In this document: positions 51,877 through 51,922 of the stretch, in pieces
How positions within the stretch are numbered: position 1 is the stretch's first letter
Layout of the letters: each line of letters begins with the position of its first letter
Origin: an uncultured Actinomycetota bacterium
GTDB taxonomy: Bacteria; Actinomycetota; Humimicrobiia; Humimicrobiales; Humimicrobiaceae
Reading direction: 5' to 3'
DNA length: 51,922 nucleotides
Assembly (NCBI GenBank): GCA_964481885.1
Contig: CAYZUS010000010.1
Coordinates: 20,426 to 72,347 of the forward strand
Notes under the pieces: generated by a model
Told to the model about the DNA's origin: nothing
Databases searched by the model: none
The model's input: only the letters and a program-made list of their open reading frames with translations
Made by a program: the position numbers and the translations under genes

Positions 51877-51922
51877 ATCACAATCAGCATTTCCGGGATC
51901 GCTGTTGTCTACACCTGGCTTC
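51807..51922. repeat. 63-bp tandem repeat (53-nt cores at 51807-51859 and 51870-51922) at the 5' end of hypD, truncated by the window end
   Basis: Both cores are identical where visible. The period is 63 nt (21 codons), encoding KPGVDNSDPGNADCDMKSSGR on the minus strand. Confidence 0.9.

Noticed and set aside
1-51922. CRISPR arrays, tRNA/rRNA genes, insertion sequences, integrases, phage or defence-system genes
   Set aside because: I scanned intergenic regions and the ORF list. I found no regularly spaced repeats with spacers, no tRNA-like GTTCGAATC/T-loop signatures and no transposase- or recombinase-like ORFs.

Overview
The window is a low-GC (by eye roughly 35-38 %) bacterial chromosomal segment, apparently from a flagellated, H2-metabolising anaerobe. 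I saw no rRNA, tRNA, CRISPR array, transposase or integrase. The content falls into four blocks.
(1) 1-4.2 kb holds the flagellar export genes fliR(partial)-flhB-flhA and a small membrane protein.
(2) 4.2-18.4 kb is a complete chemosensory system split over two divergent operons around a 634-bp AT-rich region with sigma-28-like promoter boxes. The minus-strand operon is cheY-cheX-HDOD-degenerate cheR. The plus-strand operon has a soluble chemoreceptor with two signalling hairpins, then a triple-CheW scaffold with a CZB zinc-binding motif inserted in its second CheW domain. It continues with cheB, a HEAT-repeat protein, cheR, cheY and a cheA with two HPt domains.
(3) 18.6-25.8 kb is a signalling island. 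It carries a Hanks Ser/Thr kinase fused to a J-domain, an HD-GYP phosphodiesterase and a hypothetical protein. It also has a frame-split CarH-like B12 (Wx9EH) module directly upstream of a GGDEF cyclase, and a 7-TM protein.
(4) 26-52 kb is a central-metabolism and hydrogen/redox block: GTP-PEPCK, DUF1015 and hypB, then a sensor-less histidine kinase abutting an [FeFe]-hydrogenase operon. In that operon the NuoF-like subunit is fused to a GltD/NfnB-like NADPH module, and HydA has an atypical TSCSP L1 motif. An orphan receiver, a four-subunit group-3b-type [NiFe]-hydrogenase and a form-IV RuBisCO-like protein follow. The block ends with a NitT/TauT-type ABC importer, nfnAB, a maturation protease, hypE and hypD, which has a 63-bp tandem repeat running into the window edge.
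The best candidates for undescribed biology are the cytoplasmic-array chemosensory system, the NuoF-GltD/[FeFe]-hydrogenase with its embedded two-component genes, the kinase-J-domain fusion and the B12-module/GGDEF pair.
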